Source: a virus (Duplodnaviria > Caudoviricetes). From it: a DNA stretch of 64,000 nucleotides. Below are positions 10,479 to 19,387 of the stretch, piece by piece. The DNA lies in the IMG/VR virus record IMGVR_UViG_3300025892_000008. One strand, 5' to 3'. Below the pieces are notes generated by a model. The model ran no database searches. It was not told the DNA's origin and saw only the letters and a program-made list of their open reading frames with translations. Made by a program: the position numbers and the translations under genes. The first letter of the stretch is position 1. Each line of letters opens with the position of its first letter.

Positions 10479-11663
10479 GTGAAGATAGGATTTATTGGAT
10501 TAGGTAAATTAGGATTGCCATGTGCAGAAGTAATTGCTAAAAAAGGACATAGTGTACTAGGTTATGATATTGATACAGTACATAGTGATTATGTAATTGT
10601 AGAAGATACTATACAAGATGCAGTAAAGGATAGAGATATTGTGTTTGTTGCTGTTCCTACACCACATGATCCTAATTATGATGGTAGAGCACCTACAGCA
10701 CATTTAGAACCAAAAGATTTTTCATACGATATTGTTCATAGTGTCCTTAAAGAAGCAAATAAGCATATGAATAAAGACCAATTGCTTGTGCTTATTAGCA
10801 CAGTATTGCCAGGTACAGTACGCAGAGAATTTATACAACACATTACTAATACACGGTTTGTTTACAATCCATACTTAATTGCAATGGGAACTGTTGCTTG
10901 GGATATGGTAAATCCGGATATAGTAATGATAGGAACACATGACGGAAGTGCTACAGGCGATGCTATCGAACTTGTAAGATTTTATCACACAATAATGGAA
11001 AACAATCCTAAGTATGAAATTGGAACTTGGGACGAATGTGAATGTATAAAAGTATTCTACAATACATTTATTTCAACTAAGATTGGATTAGTAAACATGA
11101 TGCAAGATGTTGCTGAGCGACAAGGTAATATAAATGTTGACAAAGTTACTGATGCATTATCTAACTCTACAAAAAGAATTACTAGTTCTGCATATATGAA
11201 AGCAGGAATGGGAGATGGCGGCGCATGCCATCCTAGAGATAATATAGCATTACGCTATATGGCTAAAAAATTAGATTTAGGTTATGATATCTTTGATGCA
11301 ATTATGAATGCTAGAGAAGTACAAGCACAAAATATTGCAACCAAACTCTGTGAAATTGCAAAAGAAAAAGAACTTCCTATTTTAATAAATGGTATTGCTT
11401 ATAAACCAGGTGTGCCTTATGTTGACGGAAGTTATGCATTACTAGTTTCACAATACTGTCACGAATACGGATTTAATCCAATGAAAATTGATCCATTAGT
11501 ATATGGACCTGACAAAGGACCTTATAGAGCAGTAGTTCTTCTTGCGCATCCAGAAATGTATATTGATGTTACTAATGATAGTGTTGTAGTTGATCCATGG
11601 AGAGAACATACTTCGGATACATACGAAGTTGTACATTACGGTAATACTAGAGAATCTTCTTAG
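10479..11663 (+). CDS. ugd: UDP-glucose/GDP-mannose dehydrogenase family protein
   Basis: GFIGLGKLG Rossmann motif, VAVPTP, STVLPGT, KVFYNT and catalytic GGACHPRD; GTG start; TAAATA at 10445-10450. Confidence 0.9.
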   Translation: MKIGFIGLGKLGLPCAEVIAKKGHSVLGYDIDTVHSDYVIVEDTIQDAVKDRDIVFVAVPTPHDPNYDGRAPTAHLEPKDFSYDIVHSVLKEANKHMNKDQLLVLISTVLPGTVRREFIQHITNTRFVYNPYLIAMGTVAWDMVNPDIVMIGTHDGSATGDAIELVRFYHTIMENNPKYEIGTWDECECIKVFYNTFISTKIGLVNMMQDVAERQGNINVDKVTDALSNSTKRITSSAYMKAGMGDGGACHPRDNIALRYMAKKLDLGYDIFDAIMNAREVQAQNIATKLCEIAKEKELPILINGIAYKPGVPYVDGSYALLVSQYCHEYGFNPMKIDPLVYGPDKGPYRAVVLLAHPEMYIDVTNDSVVVDPWREHTSDTYEVVHYGNTRESS

Positions 11664-11952
11664 TCTTTTTTGCTATATCGGCTTTTAATAAACCAACATC
11701 TATTTTAAAATCTAAATTTTTGATTGTGTCTTTATACTCAGTCAAGGAGTTTAATAACTTTTTTGCAACATTATCTGGGTCGTCATTTTCCAGTTGTTGT
11801 TTGACATTGATTTCCCAGATACGTCCATCTGTAAATTCAATAATCATCTTCTCGACATAAGCAACCGGCATGGTGTCCATATATAAATCTTTGAACACCT
11901 CCGGCCACTCGTCTACTAGATGTTTAGGCGGCTTGAAGTAATGCCTATGCAC
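11647..11952 (-). CDS. hypothetical protein
   Basis: 101 aa ORF in the tightly packed minus-strand series. Confidence 0.7.
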   Translation of the reverse strand: MHRHYFKPPKHLVDEWPEVFKDLYMDTMPVAYVEKMIIEFTDGRIWEINVKQQLENDDPDNVAKKLLNSLTEYKDTIKNLDFKIDVGLLKADIAKKTKKIL

Positions 11953-11956
11953 TTGT

Positions 11957-12589
11957 TTATGCTTCTGCTTCTACTTTTGCCTTAGAAGTTTTCTTCTTAG
12001 GCGGATCTAATTCGTCTGCTTGTCTACGTAATTGTGCTGCTTCTTTATACATAGCATCTGCTTGACTACGATATGATTTTGCAAGATCTGAATCAGATAA
12101 TACACCATCCGTTTTAGGAGCCGCTATTGGCTCTTGGCTTGGTGTGCTTTCTGGTACTGTAGTTTGTGCTGCTACTTGTTCTTTTGTCGGAGCACCACTT
12201 ACTAGTGTATATAACTCATCTACAGACATACCTTTTTGCTCTGCAATTAAAGTATTTAATTGTGCAAGATTAACTTCGGATGTCGGTGTAGGAGTCATTG
12301 TTACATTATCAGTAGGAACTTTTCTTAAACGTCCTTCACTTTGCATTGCTTGTAGCATTGGTCTTCCGTCTGAAAAAGTTCTAGAGAACATTAATTCTCC
12401 TAGTTCATTTGTTTGTTGTGCTTGATCGGAATCGATCATAGCCATCAACGAATCATGAATCTCATCTTTCAGTGTTGCAGTTTGCAATACTAAAGCATTA
12501 TTCGATTCTCCCGGAACTGTTCTAAATACTACAGCAACTTTGTCGCCTGTATTTTTCAGTTTTCCTACGTGTTTGATTTCTTTAGCCAT
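11957..12589 (-). CDS. hypothetical protein with C-terminal coiled coil
   Basis: 210 aa ORF with typical codon usage. Confidence 0.75.
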   Translation of the reverse strand: MAKEIKHVGKLKNTGDKVAVVFRTVPGESNNALVLQTATLKDEIHDSLMAMIDSDQAQQTNELGELMFSRTFSDGRPMLQAMQSEGRLRKVPTDNVTMTPTPTSEVNLAQLNTLIAEQKGMSVDELYTLVSGAPTKEQVAAQTTVPESTPSQEPIAAPKTDGVLSDSDLAKSYRSQADAMYKEAAQLRRQADELDPPKKKTSKAKVEAEA

Positions 12590-12592
12590 AAT

Positions 12593-12889
12593 TTACTTCC
12601 CTTGTGTTTGTTGTTCTTGTTGCTGCTTAGATACATGATCTAAGAACAATGTCAACTTGTTATAAGTTTTACCAACTGCTTCAAGTTCGTTAGCCTTAAA
12701 TGCACCTCTTGTTGTAGCAATATCAATAATGCTTTTTACTGCATTTAGATCACTAATATTAAGATCAGGTGCTGCTGGTGCTTCTTCTACACCAGGCGTT
12801 GGTACTGGACCGCTTACCGGAGCAGCAGTCGCTTCTGTGTTTACTTCTGCTTCAGCAGGAGCATCAGTTTTGTTTACTTCTTCAGCCAT
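12593..12889 (-). CDS. hypothetical protein with Ala/Pro/Glu-rich N-terminus
   Basis: 98 aa ORF with AGGAG SD. Confidence 0.75.
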   Translation of the reverse strand: MAEEVNKTDAPAEAEVNTEATAAPVSGPVPTPGVEEAPAAPDLNISDLNAVKSIIDIATTRGAFKANELEAVGKTYNKLTLFLDHVSKQQQEQQTQGK

Positions 12890-12890
12890 T

Positions 12891-13163
12891 CTAGTTTCTC
12901 CTTAAGTATGGGCAAGCCAACATAAAAAATGTCAACTCTTTTTGTTCTTCAAACCCAACAAATGTTGCTGTTTGAAATTTGTCGTTACTTGTTACAGTAG
13001 GGTATGTTAAAACACAATATCTTCCTGCAAGTTTAGATCTAATCCAATTTGTAACATCTCTATAGTTCCTATCTGCACCAGCAATCTTAGTTTTGCAGAA
13101 GTGCGGAGGCATTGTTTCCAATTTTCTAATATTCAAAACATCCAACGGATTTAGTTCTAACAT
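12891..13163 (-). CDS. hypothetical protein
   Basis: 90 aa ORF; ATAAATA lies 5 nt upstream of the ATG. Confidence 0.7.
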   Translation of the reverse strand: MLELNPLDVLNIRKLETMPPHFCKTKIAGADRNYRDVTNWIRSKLAGRYCVLTYPTVTSNDKFQTATFVGFEEQKELTFFMLACPYLRRN

Positions 13164-13190
13164 AAAATTATTTATTAACTGCTACTATAA

Positions 13191-13586
13191 CTATGATGAT
13201 TCTTGGCTTAATCTTTTACTCAAAGCCTTGTTATATCCTAGTTTTTGGACATCTCCACTAAAAAGATATAGTTCAAATGCAGCCTTCTCCTTTAATACTG
13301 ATATTGATCGTTTAGTAATATAATACGGTGAATCTATAAATTTGTCAAGCCATAAAAGTATCTGTGGAGTAATAGAAAAGTCTTTCGGAAAGTCAATCTT
13401 ATAGATTTTGATTTCGGATTCATTCTTAATAAAATCCATTGCTTGGTCTGTTAGTCTTAGTCCACCATCATTTTTAACACGCACATTCCACCACCAATCC
13501 ATTCTTTTGCTCTTTACTAGTTCGGCAGTAATGTCTAATTCAGCGGCTTTTAAAAAAATATTTGTGTAATTGTCTTTAACGTCCAT
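13191..13586 (-). CDS. hypothetical protein
   Basis: 131 aa ORF. Confidence 0.7.
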   Translation of the reverse strand: MDVKDNYTNIFLKAAELDITAELVKSKRMDWWWNVRVKNDGGLRLTDQAMDFIKNESEIKIYKIDFPKDFSITPQILLWLDKFIDSPYYITKRSISVLKEKAAFELYLFSGDVQKLGYNKALSKRLSQESS

Positions 13587-13590
13587 TCCA

Positions 13591-13872
13591 CTATTCTTTT
13601 TCTCCAGTGTTTAATTTATATACAGAAAAGTCAGTAGTGTTAAACAGTTTGTTAAGTTTCTTGGCTAAGTTTCTAGCATGACCAGGATTTGAAAATGAAA
13701 CCTTTTTATATTTCGGACCAGGATAACTTGATACAGCACTACCGCTTTTTAAATTAAAAGGCTTGTGTTTATAAAATACAGCCCATATAGCCTCGCTTTC
13801 AAGTATCTGTTCTACTTTATAGGTCTCTCGGTTGGTATGTTCGAGAATGATTTTTGGTTTTGGTCTACTCAT
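13591..13872 (-). CDS. hypothetical protein
   Basis: 93 aa ORF behind a late promoter and a start-occluding hairpin. Confidence 0.75.
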   Translation of the reverse strand: MSRPKPKIILEHTNRETYKVEQILESEAIWAVFYKHKPFNLKSGSAVSSYPGPKYKKVSFSNPGHARNLAKKLNKLFNTTDFSVYKLNTGEKE

Positions 13873-13910
13873 ATATACGTAAATTCCTAATTAACTACGT
13901 ATATATTTAT
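13870..13910 (-). promoter_or_regulatory. late promoter embedded in a hairpin that sequesters the start codon
   Basis: ATAAATA at 13910-13904; 11-bp inverted repeat 13871-13881/13896-13906; AGGA in the loop. Confidence 0.6.
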
Positions 13911-13916
13911 CCTTTT

Positions 13917-14165
13917 TTAGAACTTTCCACCGTCAAATTTAACATCAACTTCGTTAGCAGTCTTGTTTATCTCTTTTAGCAATGTATGTATTTCCGCTAC
14001 TGTAGACCCTAATTTAGTTGTTATTAGTGCAAGTTCTGTAACAAGTGTTCTTGCTTCTTCAATTGTAATACGTATTTCACGTTGCTGTGTTTTTTCAGCA
14101 GACGATACTCGTTGAAGAAGTTTTTGCACTGATGCTAGGTTAGTTGGAATACTATTTGTTGACAC
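13917..14165 (-). CDS. hypothetical coiled-coil protein
   Basis: 82 aa ORF with GTG start. Confidence 0.7.
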   Translation of the reverse strand: MSTNSIPTNLASVQKLLQRVSSAEKTQQREIRITIEEARTLVTELALITTKLGSTVAEIHTLLKEINKTANEVDVKFDGGKF

Positions 14166-14628
14166 TTGATAATACCTGTTTCATTTCTAAGTCAGTCTTA
14201 AAAGGACCTTTAGATTCATATCTTTGTAGTGTAATAAGTTTAGGACAAAAAGACTTAACCCAACCCTTATCAAACTTAATTACATAGTAACCTGCACAAT
14301 ATAAACTTTTACTATCTTTACTTTTTGTAAACAACGGAAGTTTTTGACGTATATCATACATTGAATTATGCGGAACAGTACTTGATGCATACCCATGTAC
14401 TTCTTTTGGATTTGAATTATCTGCTTCTTTAATAATTTTAGCAATAAAGAAATCGTCACCAAACTCATTTGTTATAACTTTTTTGTTCTTATAAATTTTA
14501 ACACCGTCTTTGTTTTGTAATACAAATTGCGAAAACTCATCTTTTCTTAAAGTTCCAACTCGTTGTCCTTCATCTTCTACAATCCAAAACTTACCTTCAA
14601 GAACTGGTTTTGCTTTTAAAAACGTCAT
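14152..14628 (-). CDS. hypothetical protein
   Basis: 158 aa ORF coupled to the exonuclease gene. Confidence 0.75.
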   Translation of the reverse strand: MTFLKAKPVLEGKFWIVEDEGQRVGTLRKDEFSQFVLQNKDGVKIYKNKKVITNEFGDDFFIAKIIKEADNSNPKEVHGYASSTVPHNSMYDIRQKLPLFTKSKDSKSLYCAGYYVIKFDKGWVKSFCPKLITLQRYESKGPFKTDLEMKQVLSSVNK

Positions 14629-15617
14629 ACTGTATACCTCGCATTTAACGGCTCAGCATATGCTTGCGCCTGATCTGAAATTTTCTTTAAATCGTATAAG
14701 TGACAAAACTTCATCAACCTTACACCGACTTGGCTTATATTTTTATCTGCATCAATTGCTGTTTTAATTGTGCTTTCAATCTTTTCTTTAATATCTGCAG
14801 GTTGTGCAGTAAGATCAATAATAGTTTTATTACGTTCGTAATCTTCTAGTACACGATGTTCTTCACCGTTATGATCAACCCAACGTTGTAACATTAGGTT
14901 ATTCCAATTAAATCCTTTAGTTTGTCTATCTGCAAATGCTTCAACAAGACCAACTTTGTTCTTAGAGCCTTTTTTGCGTACACCTGGATATGCACTAAAC
15001 ACATTATCACTAGTATCGCCACGCATACATTTCTCAAACAACATCCATTCAGCATCTACAACCTTAGGCAGTTTAGTCTTCTTGTCAATAACTAGTTCGC
15101 CTTTCTTGTCAAAGAAGCCTTCTGGTGTAGTAGTAACTTCTTGCACACCATTATAAAGTCTACAGTTAGGAGCAATTAACTGTTGAAAGTCTGTGTCAGT
15201 ACTAACAATAACATGATCTGCATCTGGGTGTTGCTGTACCCAACCAGCAATTAAATCATCTGCTTCTAGCTCTTTGTGTTGTAATACAGTACAGTTAGTT
15301 TTATCTGTAACAAAATTCTTAAATGTATCAAATGCTTCCCAGAACACAGTATCTTCTTCTTGCTGTTTTTCTGTAAGTGCATCACGAGCAACTTGTCTGT
15401 TACGCTTATAAGGCTCATAATGGTCTTTACGCCAACTACGTCCTTCTAAGCAGAACACAACATGTGAACCGTTAAAGTCTTGCCATGCCTTCTTAATGCT
15501 GTTAAGTGTAATATGAAAAGCCATACCTAACTTAACATCTGCATCACCATTAATTACATGTCTTGCACGAAAGAATGTATTTGCTGTATCAACTATTATA
15601 TGTGTCATTTTACTCAT
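14625..15617 (-). CDS. rnh: T4 RNase H-like 5'-3' exonuclease (FEN family)
   Basis: IIVDTAN, CLEG, EADDLI, VSTDTDFQQL and GDTSDNV motifs. Confidence 0.9.
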   Translation of the reverse strand: MSKMTHIIVDTANTFFRARHVINGDADVKLGMAFHITLNSIKKAWQDFNGSHVVFCLEGRSWRKDHYEPYKRNRQVARDALTEKQQEEDTVFWEAFDTFKNFVTDKTNCTVLQHKELEADDLIAGWVQQHPDADHVIVSTDTDFQQLIAPNCRLYNGVQEVTTTPEGFFDKKGELVIDKKTKLPKVVDAEWMLFEKCMRGDTSDNVFSAYPGVRKKGSKNKVGLVEAFADRQTKGFNWNNLMLQRWVDHNGEEHRVLEDYERNKTIIDLTAQPADIKEKIESTIKTAIDADKNISQVGVRLMKFCHLYDLKKISDQAQAYAEPLNARYTV

Positions 15618-15964
15618 TTAGCCTTCTTTATGATATCTGGATCTATACTTCCAGTATCTAGTGGTCCTCCGTAGTCACCATCGACTACAACGTTTGCACA
15701 AAGTTCTCGAAACCAACGATCAACAATATCTTCATCCTTGTCACCATCAACTCCATATCCTTGTTGTTTTAATTGTACTATGAAATGGTCGTTCCAGTCA
15801 AGCTCAAAAAAGCCATTTCGGACATTTTCTTTGTTTACATGTGTATTCAATACACCAACCCATGGTTCTTTCTTCATCGTTGCCTTTTGTTTATCACTAA
15901 TTCCAGGCGCAGACACATCAGTATCAGGTTGTTTCTTACTGAACAGTTTCTTTATAAAGTTCAT
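15614..15964 (-). CDS. hypothetical protein
   Basis: 116 aa ORF with AAGGA SD. Confidence 0.7.
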   Translation of the reverse strand: MNFIKKLFSKKQPDTDVSAPGISDKQKATMKKEPWVGVLNTHVNKENVRNGFFELDWNDHFIVQLKQQGYGVDGDKDEDIVDRWFRELCANVVVDGDYGGPLDTGSIDPDIIKKAK

Positions 15965-15973
15965 AATTTATCC

Positions 15974-16885
15974 TTATGTTCCGATAGCATTACCAAACAA
16001 GTATACATGTACCCTTGCGGCTACATTATATCCACGTTCGAATGCCATCTTAGCAACTGCTCCGGCTGTTGCTGTTTGTTCTTCTTCTCTAGCACCTACA
16101 GGCATAACCCATACAGGATAATTTACACCTTGTGCCTTAAATTGTGAGATAGCATCTTCCATCTCATCCCACTGTTGTTGTTCGGAACCTACAACAAATT
16201 TTAATTGTCCTATAGACAACTTACTATACTGTGCAACTATCTCAGGCTTAATTGCTTTCTTTGCAGCCTCGCCTGCTACACTCCACAGTTTAGGACTTAC
16301 ACTAAAGAACAGTTCGATTTCGTTATCTGCTTCATAAGTCCAGTAATTAATAAATTCTTGTGTTAATGCTTGTGTACCATTAGTTTCAAATGTAACACTA
16401 GCAGGCATATTGCCCATACTCTTAAACTCACGCATGATACCAATGAATGCTTCTTGTCCGTGCTTCATCAACGGCTCACCACCTGTAACACAAAAGTGTT
16501 GTCTTTGTTGTGTAACAGGATGTAGAAACAAACCTTGTGGATTGCTATCTGTTTTAAGTGTATCAATAATTTGTTGTGCTAGTTCAACAGCAGTCTTTTG
16601 ACCCATTAAGTGTTTAAACTTTTTGCTCCATGTGTAACTACTATCACAGCCTTTGTCCCATACAGGCAAATCTTCTACACGTTTTACAGTTGAAGTATCA
16701 AATGTTTCAAACGGCAAATCATATGTATCAGGATTAGTAGGATCAATCTGACCAAATCCGTTACACTGTAAGTTGCATAAGAAAAACCGTATCCAAGCAG
16801 TAGGCACACCTGTATAGTGTCCTTCACCTTGAATACTGTGAAAGATTTCGCTGTAGTAATATTTCTTATCAGTTGCTATTGTCAT
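15974..16885 (-). CDS. queE: 7-carboxy-7-deazaguanine synthase (QueE-like radical SAM)
   Basis: EIFHSIQGEG, WIRFFLCNLQC...GCDS, VTGGEP, FETNG, SVSPK and RVHVYL motifs; start set to ATG 16885 downstream of a sigma70 promoter. Confidence 0.88.
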   Translation of the reverse strand: MTIATDKKYYYSEIFHSIQGEGHYTGVPTAWIRFFLCNLQCNGFGQIDPTNPDTYDLPFETFDTSTVKRVEDLPVWDKGCDSSYTWSKKFKHLMGQKTAVELAQQIIDTLKTDSNPQGLFLHPVTQQRQHFCVTGGEPLMKHGQEAFIGIMREFKSMGNMPASVTFETNGTQALTQEFINYWTYEADNEIELFFSVSPKLWSVAGEAAKKAIKPEIVAQYSKLSIGQLKFVVGSEQQQWDEMEDAISQFKAQGVNYPVWVMPVGAREEEQTATAGAVAKMAFERGYNVAARVHVYLFGNAIGT

Positions 16886-17081
16886 TATGTTTATTATACG
16901 CTTTCTTATTGGATTTGTCAACCTCTTTAGTAAGTGAAAAGGAGCCATCGAAATTGTCTGTCCAAACTAAATCGTCTCCAATATCCCATCCCATTTGGTT
17001 TAGTAACTCAGTGGGAATAGGAAGAACCAAATCCTTCGATTTCGGATCTTCCTTTAATTTGATTTTTTGGGTACTAGTCAC
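16869..17081 (-). CDS. AbrB/MazE/SpoVT-like swapped-hairpin protein
   Basis: DLVLPIPTELLNQMGWDIGDDLVW...DGSFSL; probable GTG start at 17081. Confidence 0.55.
   Translation of the reverse strand: MTSTQKIKLKEDPKSKDLVLPIPTELLNQMGWDIGDDLVWTDNFDGSFSLTKEVDKSNKKAYNKHNDNSN
16893..16921 (-). promoter_or_regulatory. sigma70-type promoter for queE
   Basis: TTGACA-N17-TATAAT. Confidence 0.8.
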
Positions 17082-17283
17082 CAAAATGCTTGTCCAGCAT
17101 TTCGACTCTATCATGTGCAGTTGCCATTTTATCTAACTCTTTTTGGATAGTTTCGATAATATCGCTATGCTCACCAATTCCTACAACCTGTTGCATGTAT
17201 ACTTCAATATTGGCTTTATGCAGATCAATTTCTGCCTCAGCATGCTTCCTTGCTGCATTGATTAATGTTTGTTTCAATGTCAT
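17074..17283 (-). CDS. hypothetical helical protein
   Basis: 69 aa ORF with AAGG SD. Confidence 0.7.
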   Translation of the reverse strand: MTLKQTLINAARKHAEAEIDLHKANIEVYMQQVVGIGEHSDIIETIQKELDKMATAHDRVEMLDKHFGD

Positions 17284-17663
17284 AACCTTTCCTTATAGTT
17301 TTGTTTTGATGGAATTACGCCGCGAACGCCGCCTCTAGGATTCTCCGTATCGCCATCACGACGGAAAATTAAGTGAACATGTGGATAAAGACAAGTTTGT
17401 CCGGCACTCTTGCCCATATTGATACCCACATTGTAACCTGTAATATTGTTATTCTCTGACTTAATGTTGTCATTACCCATAGTAAGAGCAAAATTAAAAC
17501 ACTTTAAAATGTTTTCTTCTGTATTTTGTCTAGGTACAACAAGTGTATGCCCTTCTGTAACAGGATAGATATCGTTATACACAACAAATTCACGTGTATC
17601 AATCTCGACTTGTTTCCAAGGAGCTCTACCATCTTGTTGTGCTATTTCTAAAGTGTCTGTCAT
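17280..17663 (-). CDS. HIT family nucleotide hydrolase (variant triad Y-x-H-x-H)
   Basis: DIYPVTEGHTLVVPR, YNVGINMG and GQTCLYPHVHLIFR. Confidence 0.85.
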   Translation of the reverse strand: MTDTLEIAQQDGRAPWKQVEIDTREFVVYNDIYPVTEGHTLVVPRQNTEENILKCFNFALTMGNDNIKSENNNITGYNVGINMGKSAGQTCLYPHVHLIFRRDGDTENPRGGVRGVIPSKQNYKERL

Positions 17664-17980
17664 TCTTCTAGTCCTGAAACATATTCTTCAAATTCTTCTT
17701 GTCCGTACCATGTTTTAAAATCTTCTTGAAAGTCTTCGTCTTCTTGAGCATAGTGCCAAATCACATCTTGTTGATCTTGCGGAAGTCCATTAAACTCAGA
17801 ACGGAAATACCCTGCTTGTTCATAAGAAGCGTCTTCTCTTGCTTCTTCAGCACGACCCCAATCTTCTTCATCATCGCTATCGCCAATTTCATCTGCTTCT
17901 GACCAACTATCATATGCCATTGAATGTGCTTCTTCATTTATATCACTGATGATAGTGTGTGCCTCTTCTTTAGTTAACAT
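17660..17980 (-). CDS. acidic hypothetical protein
   Basis: ATG 17980 with GGAG SD; very Asp/Glu rich. Confidence 0.7.
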   Translation of the reverse strand: MLTKEEAHTIISDINEEAHSMAYDSWSEADEIGDSDDEEDWGRAEEAREDASYEQAGYFRSEFNGLPQDQQDVIWHYAQEDEDFQEDFKTWYGQEEFEEYVSGLEE

Positions 17981-18128
17981 TATTAATGTACTCCTTAATG
18001 TACCATTCTTTAAATTCTGGATTATCGTTAAAAATAGCAACTACTTCAGGAGCAGAAATTTGTTCAGATCTAATACATACTGCTACACTTTTCCAATCTT
18101 CTTTATCGTAAATTACTTTTATTGTCAT
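17970..18128 (-). CDS. small hypothetical protein (52 aa, not in the ORF track)
   Basis: Hand-translated MTIKVIYDKEDWKS...EYINNVN; fills the gap with TAATG coupling. Confidence 0.6.
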   Translation of the reverse strand: MTIKVIYDKEDWKSVAVCIRSEQISAPEVVAIFNDNPEFKEWYIKEYINNVN

Positions 18129-18358
18129 TAAAATCCTCTACCTTTGTTAATTTGAAATATTCTAGGACCAGGTGTTGTAAATTCAAACCCCATCTTATTA
18201 CCAACATAAACTCTACCGTTATATTCCATATGTATTTTATTTGTTGCTAGAAAGATATCTAGAAACTCTTTTTCTTTAAATCTATCAACTTCTGCCTCTG
18301 CTACTTTGTCATTATCTGTGCAAGTAACTGTGCATACATTATCATGTCCTGTTGGCAT
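18128..18358 (-). CDS. hypothetical protein
   Basis: MPTGHDN... with GGAG SD and TAATG coupling. Confidence 0.65.
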   Translation of the reverse strand: MPTGHDNVCTVTCTDNDKVAEAEVDRFKEKEFLDIFLATNKIHMEYNGRVYVGNKMGFEFTTPGPRIFQINKGRGF

Positions 18359-18915
18359 TAATACTCTCCTACATTTTCCCAAGGATAAACTAACCAAACA
18401 TCTTCCTCAGATTTATTAACTTCATCACAATAGTAATTAACTAAACCAAATTCGCTTGATAAGTTTTCTGTTAATACTGCAAAGCGAACATTATCTCCCC
18501 ATGCTTGATCCCATATAGGCGATTGAGGTAAACAACTGGATTTCCAATCATCTCTAATCCAGTTAAATGTTGCACCAGTATCATTTATATCATCTACAAT
18601 AAGAATGTTTTTGCAATTAGTATCGTGTTTAAACTGCCCCATCTCAGGAGCATAGTCTCCACTATCATCGTAACCATATGCATCTTCGGCCATCCAACAG
18701 TTGCTTTCACTTTCACTAGTATCATCACGTAGACTTACTTTAATCGCTTCGCAACGTATGCCAGTCATGTTACTAATAATAGTAGCAGGAACATTACCAC
18801 CACGTGTAATACCTACAATGTAATCAGGCTTCCAGTTGTCAGCATACATTTTGTTTACAATATTAACGCACATTTTTTCTACGTCAGCCCAACTATAATA
18901 TTTCTTTTTAATCAT
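18358..18915 (-). CDS. type I purine phosphoribosyltransferase (Gpt/Hpt-like)
   Basis: IVGITRGG and PRPP-binding loop ILIVDDINDTGATF; C-terminal WLVYPWE. Confidence 0.85.
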   Translation of the reverse strand: MIKKKYYSWADVEKMCVNIVNKMYADNWKPDYIVGITRGGNVPATIISNMTGIRCEAIKVSLRDDTSESESNCWMAEDAYGYDDSGDYAPEMGQFKHDTNCKNILIVDDINDTGATFNWIRDDWKSSCLPQSPIWDQAWGDNVRFAVLTENLSSEFGLVNYYCDEVNKSEEDVWLVYPWENVGEY

Positions 18916-19387
18916 TGCGTCCTTCCAAATATTTTTCATTATGTACCCAACGGTATCCTAATGTTTTTACAAAAGGTAAAAAGCCCCATTCCTTTTGTTT
19001 CTTGCCCATATAGAACAAACTCCAACAAGGAATCTCTTTACCGTCTTTATCTTCCTTAAGTTTTAGGTAATGCAGATCATCTGATGATCTAAACCTAAAA
19101 TGCCCAGGCCCACGCCATCTTGCTGTGGCTCCTACTACGTTACCTTCTTGACTATAACAAGGAATGTATTCATAGTATCCGCCTTTTAAAATAAGTGTTG
19201 CATACGACCACGGATGATCGTGTAGTACTGACTCATCACTTACCATAACTTTGTGTAGTGTTATGTTAAAAGGAAAGTTCTTTCGTTCCTTTAAAAACAA
19301 ATAATAACGATCAAGATAAGGTATTTTACCATCTCTATCGTATATAGTTCTTTTTCTACCTAACTTATCAAGCAGTTTCAACAACAT
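18908..19387 (-). CDS. cupin-like (double-stranded beta-helix) protein
   Basis: LHDHPWS...GGYYE...LH metal-ligand pattern. Confidence 0.5.
   Translation of the reverse strand: MLLKLLDKLGRKRTIYDRDGKIPYLDRYYLFLKERKNFPFNITLHKVMVSDESVLHDHPWSYATLILKGGYYEYIPCYSQEGNVVGATARWRGPGHFRFRSSDDLHYLKLKEDKDGKEIPCWSLFYMGKKQKEWGFLPFVKTLGYRWVHNEKYLEGRND

Noticed and set aside
16869-17283. AbrB-like gene as the antitoxin of a toxin-antitoxin pair
   Set aside because: No adjacent toxin-like (PIN/MazF/RelE) ORF; the neighbours are queE and a short helical protein.
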